A DNA stretch of 63,069 nt, filler included, from Octopus bimaculoides (lineage: Eukaryota), in the NCBI RefSeq assembly GCF_001194135.2. It is 3 parts of 3 records of this genome, joined end to end, with 100 filler letters (N's around TTAATTAATTAA, not from the genome) between each part and the next. Parts side by side here need not be neighbours in the genome. Positions count along the whole stretch, not along the records: positions 1 to 26,243 come from NC_068992.1; 2 more parts are not named here. One strand, 5' to 3'. The notes beneath the pieces are model-generated. The model was given only the letters and a program-made list of their open reading frames with translations. It did no database searches and had not been told where the DNA came from. The position numbers and the translations under genes are program-made. Positions 12,120-23,299 of this stretch are shown piece by piece. Each line of letters begins with the position of its first letter. The stretch's first letter is position 1.

Positions 12120-12258
12120 AATAGATCTAAATTAAAACTTTCCATCAAAATTTCGCCAGCTTAATTAGGACAAAATTATTTTACTAAATCCTTCATTATT
12201 TTCAAAATTAGTCGAAACAAAGGTATTTTAACGGAAATACAGTATCAAAAGGGTTAAA
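12120..12258 (-). mobile_element. piggyBac-type MITE end
   Basis: Ends in AAAAGGG-TTAA; related sequence at about 31965-32040 and 55890-56010. Confidence 0.5.
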
Positions 12259-13846
12259 TAATTCTTTATCCTAACACATTGTAAATATTTTCTGACTACT
12301 TTGCTGCATCTAATTCTAGCAAATCAAGAAACATTGTTGATGAACAAAAATCTAATTCACATTTTAGAGGAAAAAAAAAAACTCCAAAAGATTGCAAGCA
12401 CAGATTTTCTTGAAATTATTGAAGTTTCACCAATATTAATGCACTCTTTTCCATTTGTTTTCAATAATTTTTCTAAATATTTTGTTTCTGGTTGATCCAG
12501 TAAAATACTCCATCACAAGGGTTATAGAAAATCACAATTGTAAACACTTTCCATAATTGATTTTATTCTTAATTTGTGGTTCAACTTCCTCTGTGTATGA
12601 CGATTGCTTATTTTTATTAAACTGAAAATTATTTTCAAATCTTATTGGTTAGTTCAATATCCTTCTCATTAATTTTATGAAAACCTCTGTGAAAGAGAGT
12701 TTTCTTTTTGTGATCCAATTAGTATAATATTTATAACATTCGTATGAGAATTTTATTAAAAATATTCTTTTGTTTTGCTTCATTTTCCTGCTTATTTTTT
12801 TTTCAAAATTTCACTTATTTTTCTTGGTGCAACTTAAGAAGTTTGCTTCTCAACCACATGGTTCTGGGTTCAAACCTATTATGTGGTACCTTAGTCAAGT
12901 GTCTTCTACTATTGCCCTGGAAACTGAAAGAAGTCCCTCATATATATATATATATATACTTCATACTGGTAAAAATGGATAAACATCCCTCCATTGTACA
13001 TCCATTAATATATCACGTGAAGAAATGAATCCATGTAGATGATTAACCATGGATACCACAGACTGCACTGTAATCATTTCAGGAATATGGACATGTGATT
13101 TGTGGAAATATGCATAGCAATGCTTTAAATGTTTATAAATTCCATCCAAGGATAATTATTATCATCATCATCATCATCATCATCATCATTATTATTAAGA
13201 TGGCGAGCTGACAGAATCATTAGCACAATGGACAAAATGCTTAGCAGACTGGAGCTGTTAAGTCAGAAAACTGCATAAAGCTCCATTGTCTGTTTTGGCA
13301 TGGTTTCTACAGCTTGGTGCCTTTCCTAATGCCAACCACTTGGGTGCTTTTTATGTAGCACTAACAGCAGGATGGCCTCACCGAATAATTTACAAGACCC
13401 CCTCAGCTGAGAGGGGTGGAGGAGTAGCGTTAAGGAAAGTGCTTTTGTGCCAGATGAAAGATTAGAGTATGAATAGAGGGAGAGAGAGAGAGAAGAAAAC
13501 AAAGCGGGGAAGAGAGAATAGGAAAAGGGAGAGAGAAAAAGGAGGAAGAAGATGGTGAAGATGTGACAGGGGTTACAGTCAAGTTATAGGGAGGAGCATA
13601 CAAATGAAGTGGGGCCAAGGATTGGATGTGAATGAGTGGATAAATTTAAATTTTCAGAGTCTTGGAAAGGCATGTGAGTTCAATTCCCTGTAATGCGTTG
13701 TGTCCTTGAGCAAGACACTTTATTTCACATTGCTCCAGTGCACTCAGCTGGTTAAAATGAGTAGTACCTGTAATTCAAAGGGGCCAGCCTTATCACATTC
13801 TGTGTCATGCTGAATCTCCCCGAGAACTACGTTAACGGTATACATA

Positions 13847-14013
13847 GGCGCAGGAGTGGCTGTGTGGTAAGTAGCTTGCTTACCAACCACATGGTTCTGG
13901 GTTCAGTCCCGCTGCGTGGCACCTTGGGTAAGTGTCTTCTACTATAGCCTCGGGTCGACCAAAGCCTTGTGAGTGGATTTGGCAGACGGAAACTGAAAGA
14001 AGCCCATCGTATA

Positions 14014-14056
<43 letters not shown>

Positions 14057-14262
14057 TTGTGTGTCTGCGTTTGTCCCCCTAGCATTGCTTGACAACCGAT
14101 GCTGGTGTGTTTATGTCCCCGTCACTTAGCGGTTCAGCAAAAAGAGACCGATAGAATAAGTACTAGGCTTACAAAGAATAAGTCCTGGGGTCGATTTGCT
14201 CGACGAAAGGTGGTGCTCCAGCATGGCCGCAATCAAATGACTGAAATAAGTAAAAGAGTAAA
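13847..14262 (+). mobile_element. Full-length SINE family A: tRNA-derived head, CORE-like segment, internal microsatellite, CR1-like tail
   Basis: GGCGCAGGAGTGGCTGTGTGG (A-box-like), GGTTCAGTCCC (B-box-like), GGCACCTTGGGTAAGTGTCTT, (TA)n at about 14010-14045, tail GGTGGTGCTCCAGCATGGCC...TGACTGAAATAAGTAAAAGA. Confidence 0.9.
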
Positions 14263-14444
14263 AGAGTATATCTGTGGAGTACTCAGCCACTTGCACATTA
14301 ATTTCACAAGCAGGCTGTTTTGTTGATGGGATCAACTGAAACCTTCATCATCATAACTGACAGAATACCAGTGAGTCATGGAAAATCTCCATTCTTACTG
14401 AAGACATATTTTCCAATGTCTCGCTATTTTATAGTAGCATAATG

Positions 14445-14775
14445 AAAAGAGGCACATTGCTCGGTGGTTAGAGGGTCATGCACACAATCATGAGGTAGTG
14501 AGTTCAATTCCAAGACCAAGCTGTGTGTTGTGTTTTTAGGAAAGACACTTTATTTGAAGTTACTCCGGTTCACTCAGCTGTAGAAATGAGTTGTCACATC
14601 ACTGGTTCCAAGCTGTGTTGCCTTTTGCCTTTCCCTTGGATAACAACATCAGTGGTGTCGAGAGGGGAGGCTGGTATGCATGGGCGACTGCTGGTCTTCC
14701 GGACTTGTACCTGAGAGGGGAACTTTCTAGGTGCAATCCCATGGTCATTCATGACTGAAGGGGATCTTTACCCCT
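14445..14775 (+). mobile_element. SINE family D (tRNA head GAGTTCAATTCC, CORE-like segment)
   Basis: Reverse-complement copy at about 39610-39920. Confidence 0.75.
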
Positions 14776-15425
14776 TTTTTTTTTTAATGAAAAGAGAGGT
14801 GTGATTATAGAAGTACAGGCAAGAGAGGAGGTGAGAGTGATGGTGATGGCGATGATTATGATGATGTTGCTGTTGTTGTTGTTGTTTAGCCCAAGGTCAG
14901 TGTCGATCCAGAACACATCCATTCAAATGCATAACAATCATCATCATCCAGATATTTTTTCACATTTTTTTAATTTTTAAATGAGACATCGTGCATCTCA
15001 GAACTACTTTGTTTAATGTGCCCTTAAGAAAGNNNNNNNNNNNNNNNNNNNNNNNNNNNNNNNNNNNNNNNNNNNNNNNNNNNNNNNNNNNNNNNNNNNN
15101 NNNNNNNNNNNNNNNNNNNNNNNNNNNNNNNNNNNNNNNNNNNNNNNNNNNNNNNNNNNNNNNNNNNNNNNNNNNNNNNNNNNNNNNNNNNNNNNNNNNN
15201 NNNNNNNNNNNNNNNNNNNNNNNNNNNNNNNNNNNNNNNNNNNNNNNNNNNNNNNNNNNNNNNNNNNNNNNNNNNNNNNNNNNNNNNNNNNNNNNNNNNN
15301 NNNNNNNNNNNNNNNNNNNNNNNNNNNNNNNNNNNNNNNNNNNNNNNNNNNNNNNNNNNNNNNNNNNNNNNNNNNNNNNNNNNNNNNNNNNNNNNNNNNN
15401 NNNNNNNNNNNNNNNNNNNNNNNNN

Positions 15426-15503
15426 GTGATATTAGTGGTGCTGGTGGTGGTTAGTGATATTGGGTGGGGTGGTACTAACAGTAGTGGTGAGGTTGGCAGC
15501 AGG

Positions 15504-15536
<33 letters not shown>

Positions 15537-15582
15537 GGTGGCGGTAGTAGTAGTAGTAGTAGTAGTAGAAACAGCAATGGAG

Positions 15583-15614
<32 letters not shown>

Positions 15615-15830
15615 GGTGGTGGTAGAGATGGCAGTGGTAGTAGTGGTGGTAGCAGTGGTCGTCGTCGTCGTGGAGATGGCGGTGACAGTGATGGTGGTGT
15701 CTTCTGTTGCTGTTATTGTTTTTGGTGGTGAGGATAGTGTTGGTGGCACTGGTGGTAGTGGTGGTGGTGGCATTGATGTTGGTGGTGGTGGTGTTGACGG
15801 TGGTGGCAGCAGCAGCAGTGGTTAAAATAA
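15426..15830. repeat. Compound trinucleotide microsatellite (GGT/AGT/GTT/GCA)n
   Basis: Visible directly; explains the poly-G/S/V/T/P ORFs in the track. Confidence 0.95.
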
Positions 15831-15875
15831 AACCCCAAAAAAAAACAAAAAAAAAGAAAAAATATGTTGACTATG

Positions 15876-15970
15876 GTTGCCAAGCAAACAAAGATGTTTG
15901 GACCAGTTCGGTCGTGTCCCGGCTTGCACCGTAGGAAAAATATATCACTTGGTGTGTTTCCATGGAAACA
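15876..15970. promoter_or_regulatory. RFX X-box pair, putative promoter
   Basis: Perfect palindrome TGTTTCCATGGAAACA (15955-15970) plus GTTGCCAAGCAAAC (15876-15889) in a unique, CpG-containing island. Confidence 0.5.
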
Positions 15971-17289
15971 GAAATAAACTAGAAAACACACAGTGTAAAC
16001 ACTTAATCAATGAAAGTTGAACAAAATAACCCATTGTAGAGTTGGCTGATTGTCTGCAAATACCAATACCTCAAACACACATAACACAATGTAGGTGTGT
16101 ATGTATGTGGGTGCGTGTCTGTGTGTGTGTGTGTATATAAGTGCATGTGAGTATGTGTGTGTTAATGTGTGTCTATATATATGTATGCAACTATATATAT
16201 GCACACGCATGCACATATATATATACACATATACATACATATATATAAGCAAATATGTATATATGTGTATATATAAATATAGCGATATATAGACGTATGT
16301 GTGTGTATACAGATACATATAAATATATATATATATAGATGTACATATACATGTATATATATATATNNNNNNNNNNNNNNNNNNNNNNNNNNNNNNNNNN
16401 NNNNNNNNNNNNNNNNNNNNNNNNNNNNNNNNNNNNNNNNNNNNNNNNNNNNNNNNNNNNNNNNNNNNNNNNNNNNNNNNNNNNNNNNNNNNNNNNNNNN
16501 NNNNNNNNNNNNNNNNNNNNNNNNNNNNNNNNNNNNNNNNNNNNNNNNNNNNNNNNNNNNNNNNNNNNNNNNNNNNNNNNNNNNNNNNNNNNNNNNNNNN
16601 NNNNNNNNNNNNNNNNNNNNNNNNNNNNNNNNNNNNNNNNNNNNNNNNNNNNNNNNNNNNNNNNNNNNNNNNNNNNNNNNNNNNNNNNNNNNNNNNNNNN
16701 NNNNNNNNNNNNNNNNNNNNNNNNNNNNNNNNNNNNNNNNNNNNNNNNNNNNNNNNNNNNNNNNNNNNNNNNNNNNNNNNNNNNNNNNNNNNNNNNNNNN
16801 NNNNNNNNNNNNNNNNNNNNNNNNNNNNNNNNNNNNNNNNNNNNNNNNNNNNNNNNNNNNNNNNNNNNNNNNNNNNNNNNNNNNNNNNNNNNNNNNNNNN
16901 NNNNNNNNNNNNNNNNNNNNNNNNNNNNNNNNNNNNNNNNNNNNNNNNNNNNNNNNNNNNNNNNNNNNNNNNNNNNNNNNNNNNNNNNNNNNNNNNNNNN
17001 NNNNNNNNNNNNNNNNNNNNNNNNNNNNNNNNNNNNNNNNTGTATTTGTGAGAGAGAGAGAAAGAGGAGTGTTCTGAGTAAATGCGTAAACATAAAATCT
17101 TTTCGATTTTTCTGAATATAAAACGGGCAGATTTATAACATAAATATGTTTATAACAAATAAATATTCTGCCCTGCATATGTGTTTCTGTGTGTGTATGC
17201 ATACATACATACAAACATACTTACATACATACATACACACATATGTGTATATGTATGTGTGTGTGTGTGTGTGTGTATGTGTGTATAGG

Positions 17290-17645
17290 AGTGGTCTTGT
17301 GCAGTGCTTTGCGCGGTGCAGTACCTTGTGCAAGTGCTTTCTACTATAGCCACGGTCCTTCCAAAATATTGTAAATGGATTTAGTAGATGGAAACTGAAA
17401 GAAACCTATCATGTGTGTGTGTGTCTGTGTGTATGTTTGTGTCATGTTTCTCCCACACCACTGCTTGACAACAAGTGTTTGTGTGTTTACATCCTTGTAA
17501 CCTAGGTGTTCCGCAAAAGTTGCCAACAGAATAAATACCAGACTTAAGATATAAGTGCAGGGGTTCATGTGTTTAACTAAACGCTTTCAGGAGGTGCTCC
17601 AGCATGGCCACAGTCCAATGGCTGAAACAAGTAAAAGATAAAACA
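17290..17645 (+). mobile_element. SINE family A
   Basis: GGAAACTGAAAGAAACC...GCTCCAGCATGGCCACAGTCCAATGGCTGAAACAAG. Confidence 0.75.
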
Positions 17646-17737
17646 AGATAAATATATATATATGAATGTAATATGCACACACACACACACATACATTCAT
17701 ATAAATATATATAAATACACACCCACATACATACATA

Positions 17738-17786
<49 letters not shown>

Positions 17787-18489
17787 NNNNNNNNNNNNNN
17801 NNNNNNNNNNNNNNNNNNNNNNNNNNNNNNNNNNNNNNNNNNNNNNNNNNNNNNNNNNNNNNNNNNNNNNNNNNNNNNNNNNNNNNNNNNNNNNNNNNNN
17901 NNNNNNNNNNNNNNNNNNNNNNNNNNNNNNNNNNNNNNNNNNNNNNNNNNNNNNNNNNNNNNNNNNNNNNNNNNNNNNNNNNNNNNNNNNNNNNNNNNNN
18001 NNNNNNNNNNNNNNNNNNNNNNNNNNNNNNNNNNNNNNNNNNNNNNNNNNNNNNNNNNNNNNNNNNNNNNNNNNNNNNNNNNNNNNNNNNNNNNNNNNNN
18101 NNNNNNNNNNNNNNNNNNNNNNNNNNNNNNNNNNNNNNNNNNNNNNNNNNNNNNNNNNNNNNNNNNNNNNNNNNNNNNNNNNNNNNNNNNNNNNNNNNNN
18201 NNNNNNNNNNNNNNNNNNNNNNNNNNNNNNNNNNNNNNNNNNNNNNNNNNNNNNNNNNNNNNNNNNNNNNNNNNNNNNNNNNNNNNNNNNNNNNNNNNNN
18301 NNNNNNNNNNNNNNNNNNNNNNNNNNNNNNNNNNNNNNNNNNNNNNNNNNNNNNNNNNNNNNNNNNNNNNNNNNNNNNNNNNNNNNNNNNNNNNNNNNNN
18401 NNNNNNNNNNNNNNNNNNNNNNNNNNNNNATATATATATATGTATATATATATATATACACATATATATACACATTTATATATATATAA

Positions 18490-18690
18490 ATGTATGTGCG
18501 TCTGTGTTTGTCCTCCCACCATCGCTTGACAACCGATGTTGGTGTGTTTATGTCCCCGTAACTTAGCAGTTTAGCAAAAGAGACTGAACAAATAAGTACT
18601 AGGCTTGCAAAGAATAAGTTCCGGGGTCGATTTGCTTGACTAAAAGCGGTGCTCCAGCATGGCCACAGTCAAATGACAAACAAATAAAAG
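18490..18690 (+). mobile_element. SINE family A, 3' half (5' half lost in the gap)
   Basis: CGCTTGACAACCGATGTTGGTGTG...GCGGTGCTCCAGCATGGCC. Confidence 0.8.
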
Positions 18691-19455
18691 GGGTAAAAAA
18701 AAAAGAAGAATATAATATATATATAATTGGCAATCTGTCAGAACAACAAGGGTTCCAGTTGATCCAGTGAAGTTAACCTGCAAGTGGCTGACCACTCTAC
18801 AGACACATGTACCCTTAACATAGTTCTCAGGGAGATTGAGCGTGACACAGAGTGTGACAAGGCTGTCCCTTTAAAATACAGGCACTACATATTTTGGCCA
18901 ACTCAGCAGACTGGAGTATTATAAAAGGAAGTATTTCGTTGAAAGACACAACATGCTGCTAGATATCAACTTCTCGACCTTACAATCTTGAGCCAAACGC
19001 CCTAATCACTTAGCCATGTGCCTTCACATACATACATACATACATACATACATGTACATATACATGTACTCTCCCATCAAAGACAACATGAGTATTCAGC
19101 ATTTTGATGAACAATCTGCACAAATGATTTGTTTATACTGATCGAATGTATGTGGCGTACATTAGTTCACTCGCTCCATCAAATCAATGTTGTCTGAACA
19201 GGTGTACTGTGCACCACGCTTCTGGTGTCAAAGTGATCTTAGAGCAACATGAGATGAAGTGTTTTGCTCGAGAACACAATGCACCGCCCATTGAGGGAAT
19301 TGAACTGCAATTTCACAATCGTGAGTGCAAAATGCTAACCACTAAGCCATGCATCCTCATATACATATATATACATACATATATATATATAAAATTCATT
19401 TTTTATATATTGGCATTTTCAAACTTCTTTTTTATAAATATATATATATATATAT

Positions 19456-19643
19456 AGGGAGAATTCACAAAAAAAACAAATGACGAAGACAGGTGGTGTA
19501 GACAACAAACAGGTGTATTAGTATAACACTCTGGAAGTGAAAAAGTCTTTAACGTTTCAAGCCTACGCTCTTCCACCGAAAGGAACACAGAAAGAAACAA
19601 GGAGAGAAAAAAAGAATGTGTAGTGGCTAGCGATTTATCATGG

Positions 19644-19646
<3 letters not shown>
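19456..19646 (-). mobile_element. Penelope-like non-autonomous element with minimal hammerhead motif, inserted in (TA)n
   Basis: Minus strand CCTTT-CGGTGGA-A-GAGC-GTAG-GCTT-GAAACGT-T-AAAG at 19547-19583; (TA)n on both sides; sister copies at 43385-43545 and 54130-54325. Confidence 0.7.
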
Positions 19647-19682
<36 letters not shown>

Positions 19683-19870
19683 CAGCGTGGAAGGTGTTTA
19701 TAAGCCATTTAAAATAACACACAAAAACCGTTAGATTCACTTCAACATTTAAATTTAATTTGTCAAAATATTTTCGTCAAAAATAGATAGATAGATAGAT
19801 AGATAGATATACATACACATACATATATATATATGTATATCTATCTATATATGTATGTGTATATATATAT

Positions 19871-20210
19871 CGGGTGGCACATGAGATGCACCATTTTGAG
19901 CGTGGGCGTTGCCAGTACCGCCTGACTGGCTCCCATAGGATTTTCGAGCGAGATCGTTGCCAGTACCCCTGGACTGGCTTGTGCGGGTGGCACATAAAAG
20001 ACACCATTTCGAGCGTGGCCGTTTTCGTGCGGGTGACACGTAAAAGCACCCACTACACTCTCTGAGTGGTTGGCGTTAGGAAGGGCATCCAGCTGTAGAA
20101 ACTCTGCCAAATTAGACTGGAGCCTGGTGTTGCCATCCGGTTTCACCAGTCCTCAGTCAAATCGTCCAACCCATGCTAGCATGGAAAGCGGACGTTAAAC
20201 AATGATGATG
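19871..20210 (+). mobile_element. 3' end of an RTE-type LINE (or RTE-tailed SINE) with (GAT)n tail
   Basis: Tandem GGTGGCAC..AAAAG.CACC motifs, then AGGAAGGGCATCCAGCTGTAGAAACT...CATGGAAAGCGGACGTTAAAC(AATGATGATG); other copies at 33397-33572, 52590-52785(-), 54368-54655, 56577-56785(-) and 60700-60850(-). Confidence 0.8.
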
Positions 20211-20519
20211 ATATATATATATATACATACATACATACATACTTATATATACATGTGGAGACATGTAGCTTAAAGGTTTGGGTGTTGAAAAAGCATTGTG
20301 TTCTTGAGTAAAACACTTCATTTCACATTGCTCCAGTCCACTCGGCCAGCAAATAGAGTATTTCCTGCAACAGAATGATATCCTATCCAGGGTTGGTAAA
20401 AATATTCATATGGAAACCATGGAAAATATGAATTAAAATATGAATTAAAAGCAGCTCAAGGGACATAAACAAAATCCAACATACACACACACGCACACAA
20501 GGTATGTGTGTTGTTAGTT

Positions 20520-21002
20520 CGTCGGTCAGCTGTGGTTTTTAGGTGTAAGAGAATATATTCCCTCTGCACCTGGTGTAAAAAAAACTCCTGAAGGTAAGTT
20601 AAAGTCAAGCAAAACAACTCACATCAGGTCCTTTTTCAGAGCAACAGACGTCGAAGTTTCATCATTGCTTTGACTTATCAATGCCACATACCAAATAAGG
20701 CCTGGTCACACTGAAGAAGGACATGACAAAGTCTATGACAAAGTCCATGACAAAATTGCACACTTCAGCATACACGTGACCACAAAATCACAAATTTCAC
20801 ACAAGTTGCAAAGTAAACACAGCAATGTCACTCAGCACATTGTGTGCTGCCACCTGTTGGTATGCTACAGAAACTAGTTCAGGAACTTTATGATACCACC
20901 TTGTATTACATGTTCGAGGCGAAAGGCTGATTATTATTAGTTCAAATTTAAGGGGAAAAAATTAACAACACAATCCTCAGACTACATATCCATCCCCTTA
21001 TA
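20520..21002 (-). mobile_element. Possible Tc1/mariner-derived non-autonomous element
   Basis: Minus strand TA-TAAGGGGATGGATATGTAGTCTGAGG resembles a mariner TIR; no matching second TIR found. Confidence 0.3.
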
Positions 21003-21211
21003 ACAGCAATAAAAACAACAGTCATGACTTTCTCTGCATATCTAAATATGCATGGCAAAGCAATAAAAGCGGTAATTGTCACAGATTCTCAGAAAGAATA
21101 GATAATTTCAAAACTATTAAATATTAATTTCCCAAATTGATTAATCTATATGTTTAAGGTAAAGCAAAAACAAAAGTCAGTCATTTCATTGTTTGTGGGC
21201 AAGGGATAAGT

Positions 21212-21262
21212 ATAGGCAGATTGTTTCAGCTTGTTTTAGCTCATCAGTGTAGTTCTGTCTAA
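21212..21262 (-). ncRNA. Hammerhead-ribozyme-like motif with intact CUGAUGA/GAAAC core
   Basis: Minus strand AGACAGAACTACA-CTGATGA-GCT-AAAACA-AGC-T-GAAAC-AATC-TGCCTA; helix II present, helices I and III imperfect. Confidence 0.45.
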
Positions 21263-22019
21263 CCTGATCTTCGGGTTTGTCAATAGATTCTTAGGCTTAT
21301 TTTGCATCAGAATAATTTGCATAAATATAAATACAATGAGATTATTCAAAGGGGTGGATTATTAAGTCAAAGGGCATGGAGTGAAAGCTATGAGTAATAA
21401 ATTCTTCATTTACAGAAATTTCACTTTTGGGTGGAGAAAGATAACAAAAGCACAGTGGTAGCCATTAAGACTTCCATAAAACATGATATGTTGTGTTTTA
21501 TTCAAAACATATTTATGTCTTTATTCTGGACATGAAGGTAAAATTATTCAGGCCATGTTCGTTTCTTTGAAAATTTGAATTCAACGGAAAATAAAAAAAT
21601 AAAAAATAATAAAAGCTGTTTTTTTTAAATTTCCTTTCATTCTCTCTCTCCTTCTCTCTCTGAGTCTCACTCTTCTTCCACTTTTTGAGAGTTGAAAGAA
21701 GTGAAAATAGACAGAGAATGAAAGAGAGAGAGAGAGAGAAGTAGAGACCAATAGGGTATGTAATCATTTAAATGTTAATTAAAGATGGTCATATATCATG
21801 TTGCTTTGGGATTTTTTATTGCTGTTGTAGTAGCAGTAGTGGTTGTTGTTGTAGTATTAGCAGATGGCGGTGGTGGTTGCAGCAGCAGCGTTGATGGTGG
21901 GGGTGGAGGTAATGGTGGTGACTGTGTTGTTATTGCTTCTATTTAAAATACTTTTAGAAAAGTTTAGCTTTTAATTACTTACATTACACACACAAGCAGA
22001 ATATAAATTCTTTTCTTTT

Positions 22020-22900
22020 TCATTTTATTCTCCCCTGCTTGTTTCAGTCATTTGACTGTGGCCATGCTGGAGCACCGCCTTTAGTCGAGCAAATCGACCC
22101 CAGGACTTATTCTTTGCGAGCCTAGTACTTATTCTATCGGTCTCTTTTGCCGTACTGCTAAGTTATGGGAATGTAAACACANNNNNNNNNNNNNNNNNNN
22201 NNNNNNNNNNNNNNNNNNNNNNNNNNNNNNNNNNNNNNNNNNNNNNNNNNNNNNNNNNNNNNNNNNNNNNNNNNNNNNNNNNNNNNNNNNNNNNNNNNNN
22301 NNNNNNNNNNNNNNNNNNNNNNNNNNNNNNNNNNNNNNNNNNNNNNNNNNNNNNNNNNNNNNNNNNNNNNNNNNNNNNNNNNNNNNNNNNNNNNNNNNNN
22401 NNNNNNNNNNNNNNNNNNNNNNNNNNNNNNNNNNNNNNNNNNNNNNNNNNNNNNNNNNNNNNNNNNNNNNNNNNNNNNNNNNNNNNNNNNNNNNNNNNNN
22501 NNNNNNNNNNNNNNNNNNNNNNNNNNNNNNNNNNNNNNNNNNNNNNNNNNNNNNNNNNNNNNNNNNNNNNNNNNNNNNNNNNNNNNNNNNNNNNNNNNNN
22601 NNNNNNNNNNNNNNNNNNNNNNNNNNNNNNNNNNNNNNNNNNNNNNNNNNNNNNNNNNNNNNNNNNNNNNNNNNNNNNNNNNNNNNNNNNNNNNNNNNNN
22701 NNNNNNNNNNNNNNNNNNNNNNNNNNNNNNNNNNNNNNNNNNNNNNNNNNNNNNNNNNNNNNNNNNNNNNNNNNNNNNNNNNNNNNNNNNNNNNNNNNNN
22801 NNNNNNNNNNNNNNNNNNNNNNNNNNNNNNNNNNNNNNNNNNNNNNNNNNNNNNNNNNNNNNNNNNNNNNNNNNNNNNNNNNNCACACACACACACACAC

Positions 22901-22952
<52 letters not shown>

Positions 22953-23130
22953 TGATAGATAGATAGATAAACAGACAGACAGATAGACAGATAGACAGAT
23001 AGATACGATGGGCTCCTTTCTGTTTCCATCTGCCAAATCCACTCACAAGGCTTTGGTTGGCCCAAGGCTATGGTAGAAGACACTTGCCCAAGGTGCCATG
23101 CAGTGGGACTGAACCCAGAACCATGTGGTT
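22020..23130 (-). mobile_element. SINE family A spanning a gap, with an expanded internal (CA)/(GATA) microsatellite
   Basis: Tail at 22020-22180 and head at about 23005-23130 are collinear with family A; the gap lies at the internal microsatellite position. Confidence 0.8.
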
Positions 23131-23158
23131 GAGAAATTGGTTCATTCACCTTACTCAG

Positions 23159-23299
23159 AATTAGCATGGATCTGGAGTTTATTAATCACAGTACAGTTGG
23201 TGCTGTGTGTGTTCCTAGGTAGAGCCTTGAAACCTGTGACAGTCAGTGAAGTGCTTATGATCAAATATGCAACTGGAATATTAGTCTGTCTATACTTTG
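23159..23299 (+). CDS. Candidate internal coding exon (phase 1-1, 141 nt), hydrophobic peptide
   Basis: Acceptor TTCATTCACCTTACTCAG and donor TTG|GTATGT; only one open frame, (E)LAWIWSLLITVQLVLCVFLGRALKPVTVSEVLMIKYATGILVCLYF(G); no recognised homology. Confidence 0.35.

Noticed and set aside
15432-15825. Mucin-like, Gly/Ser-rich or poly-Val ORFs
   Set aside because: A compound trinucleotide microsatellite is open in several frames on both strands; no splice or codon evidence.
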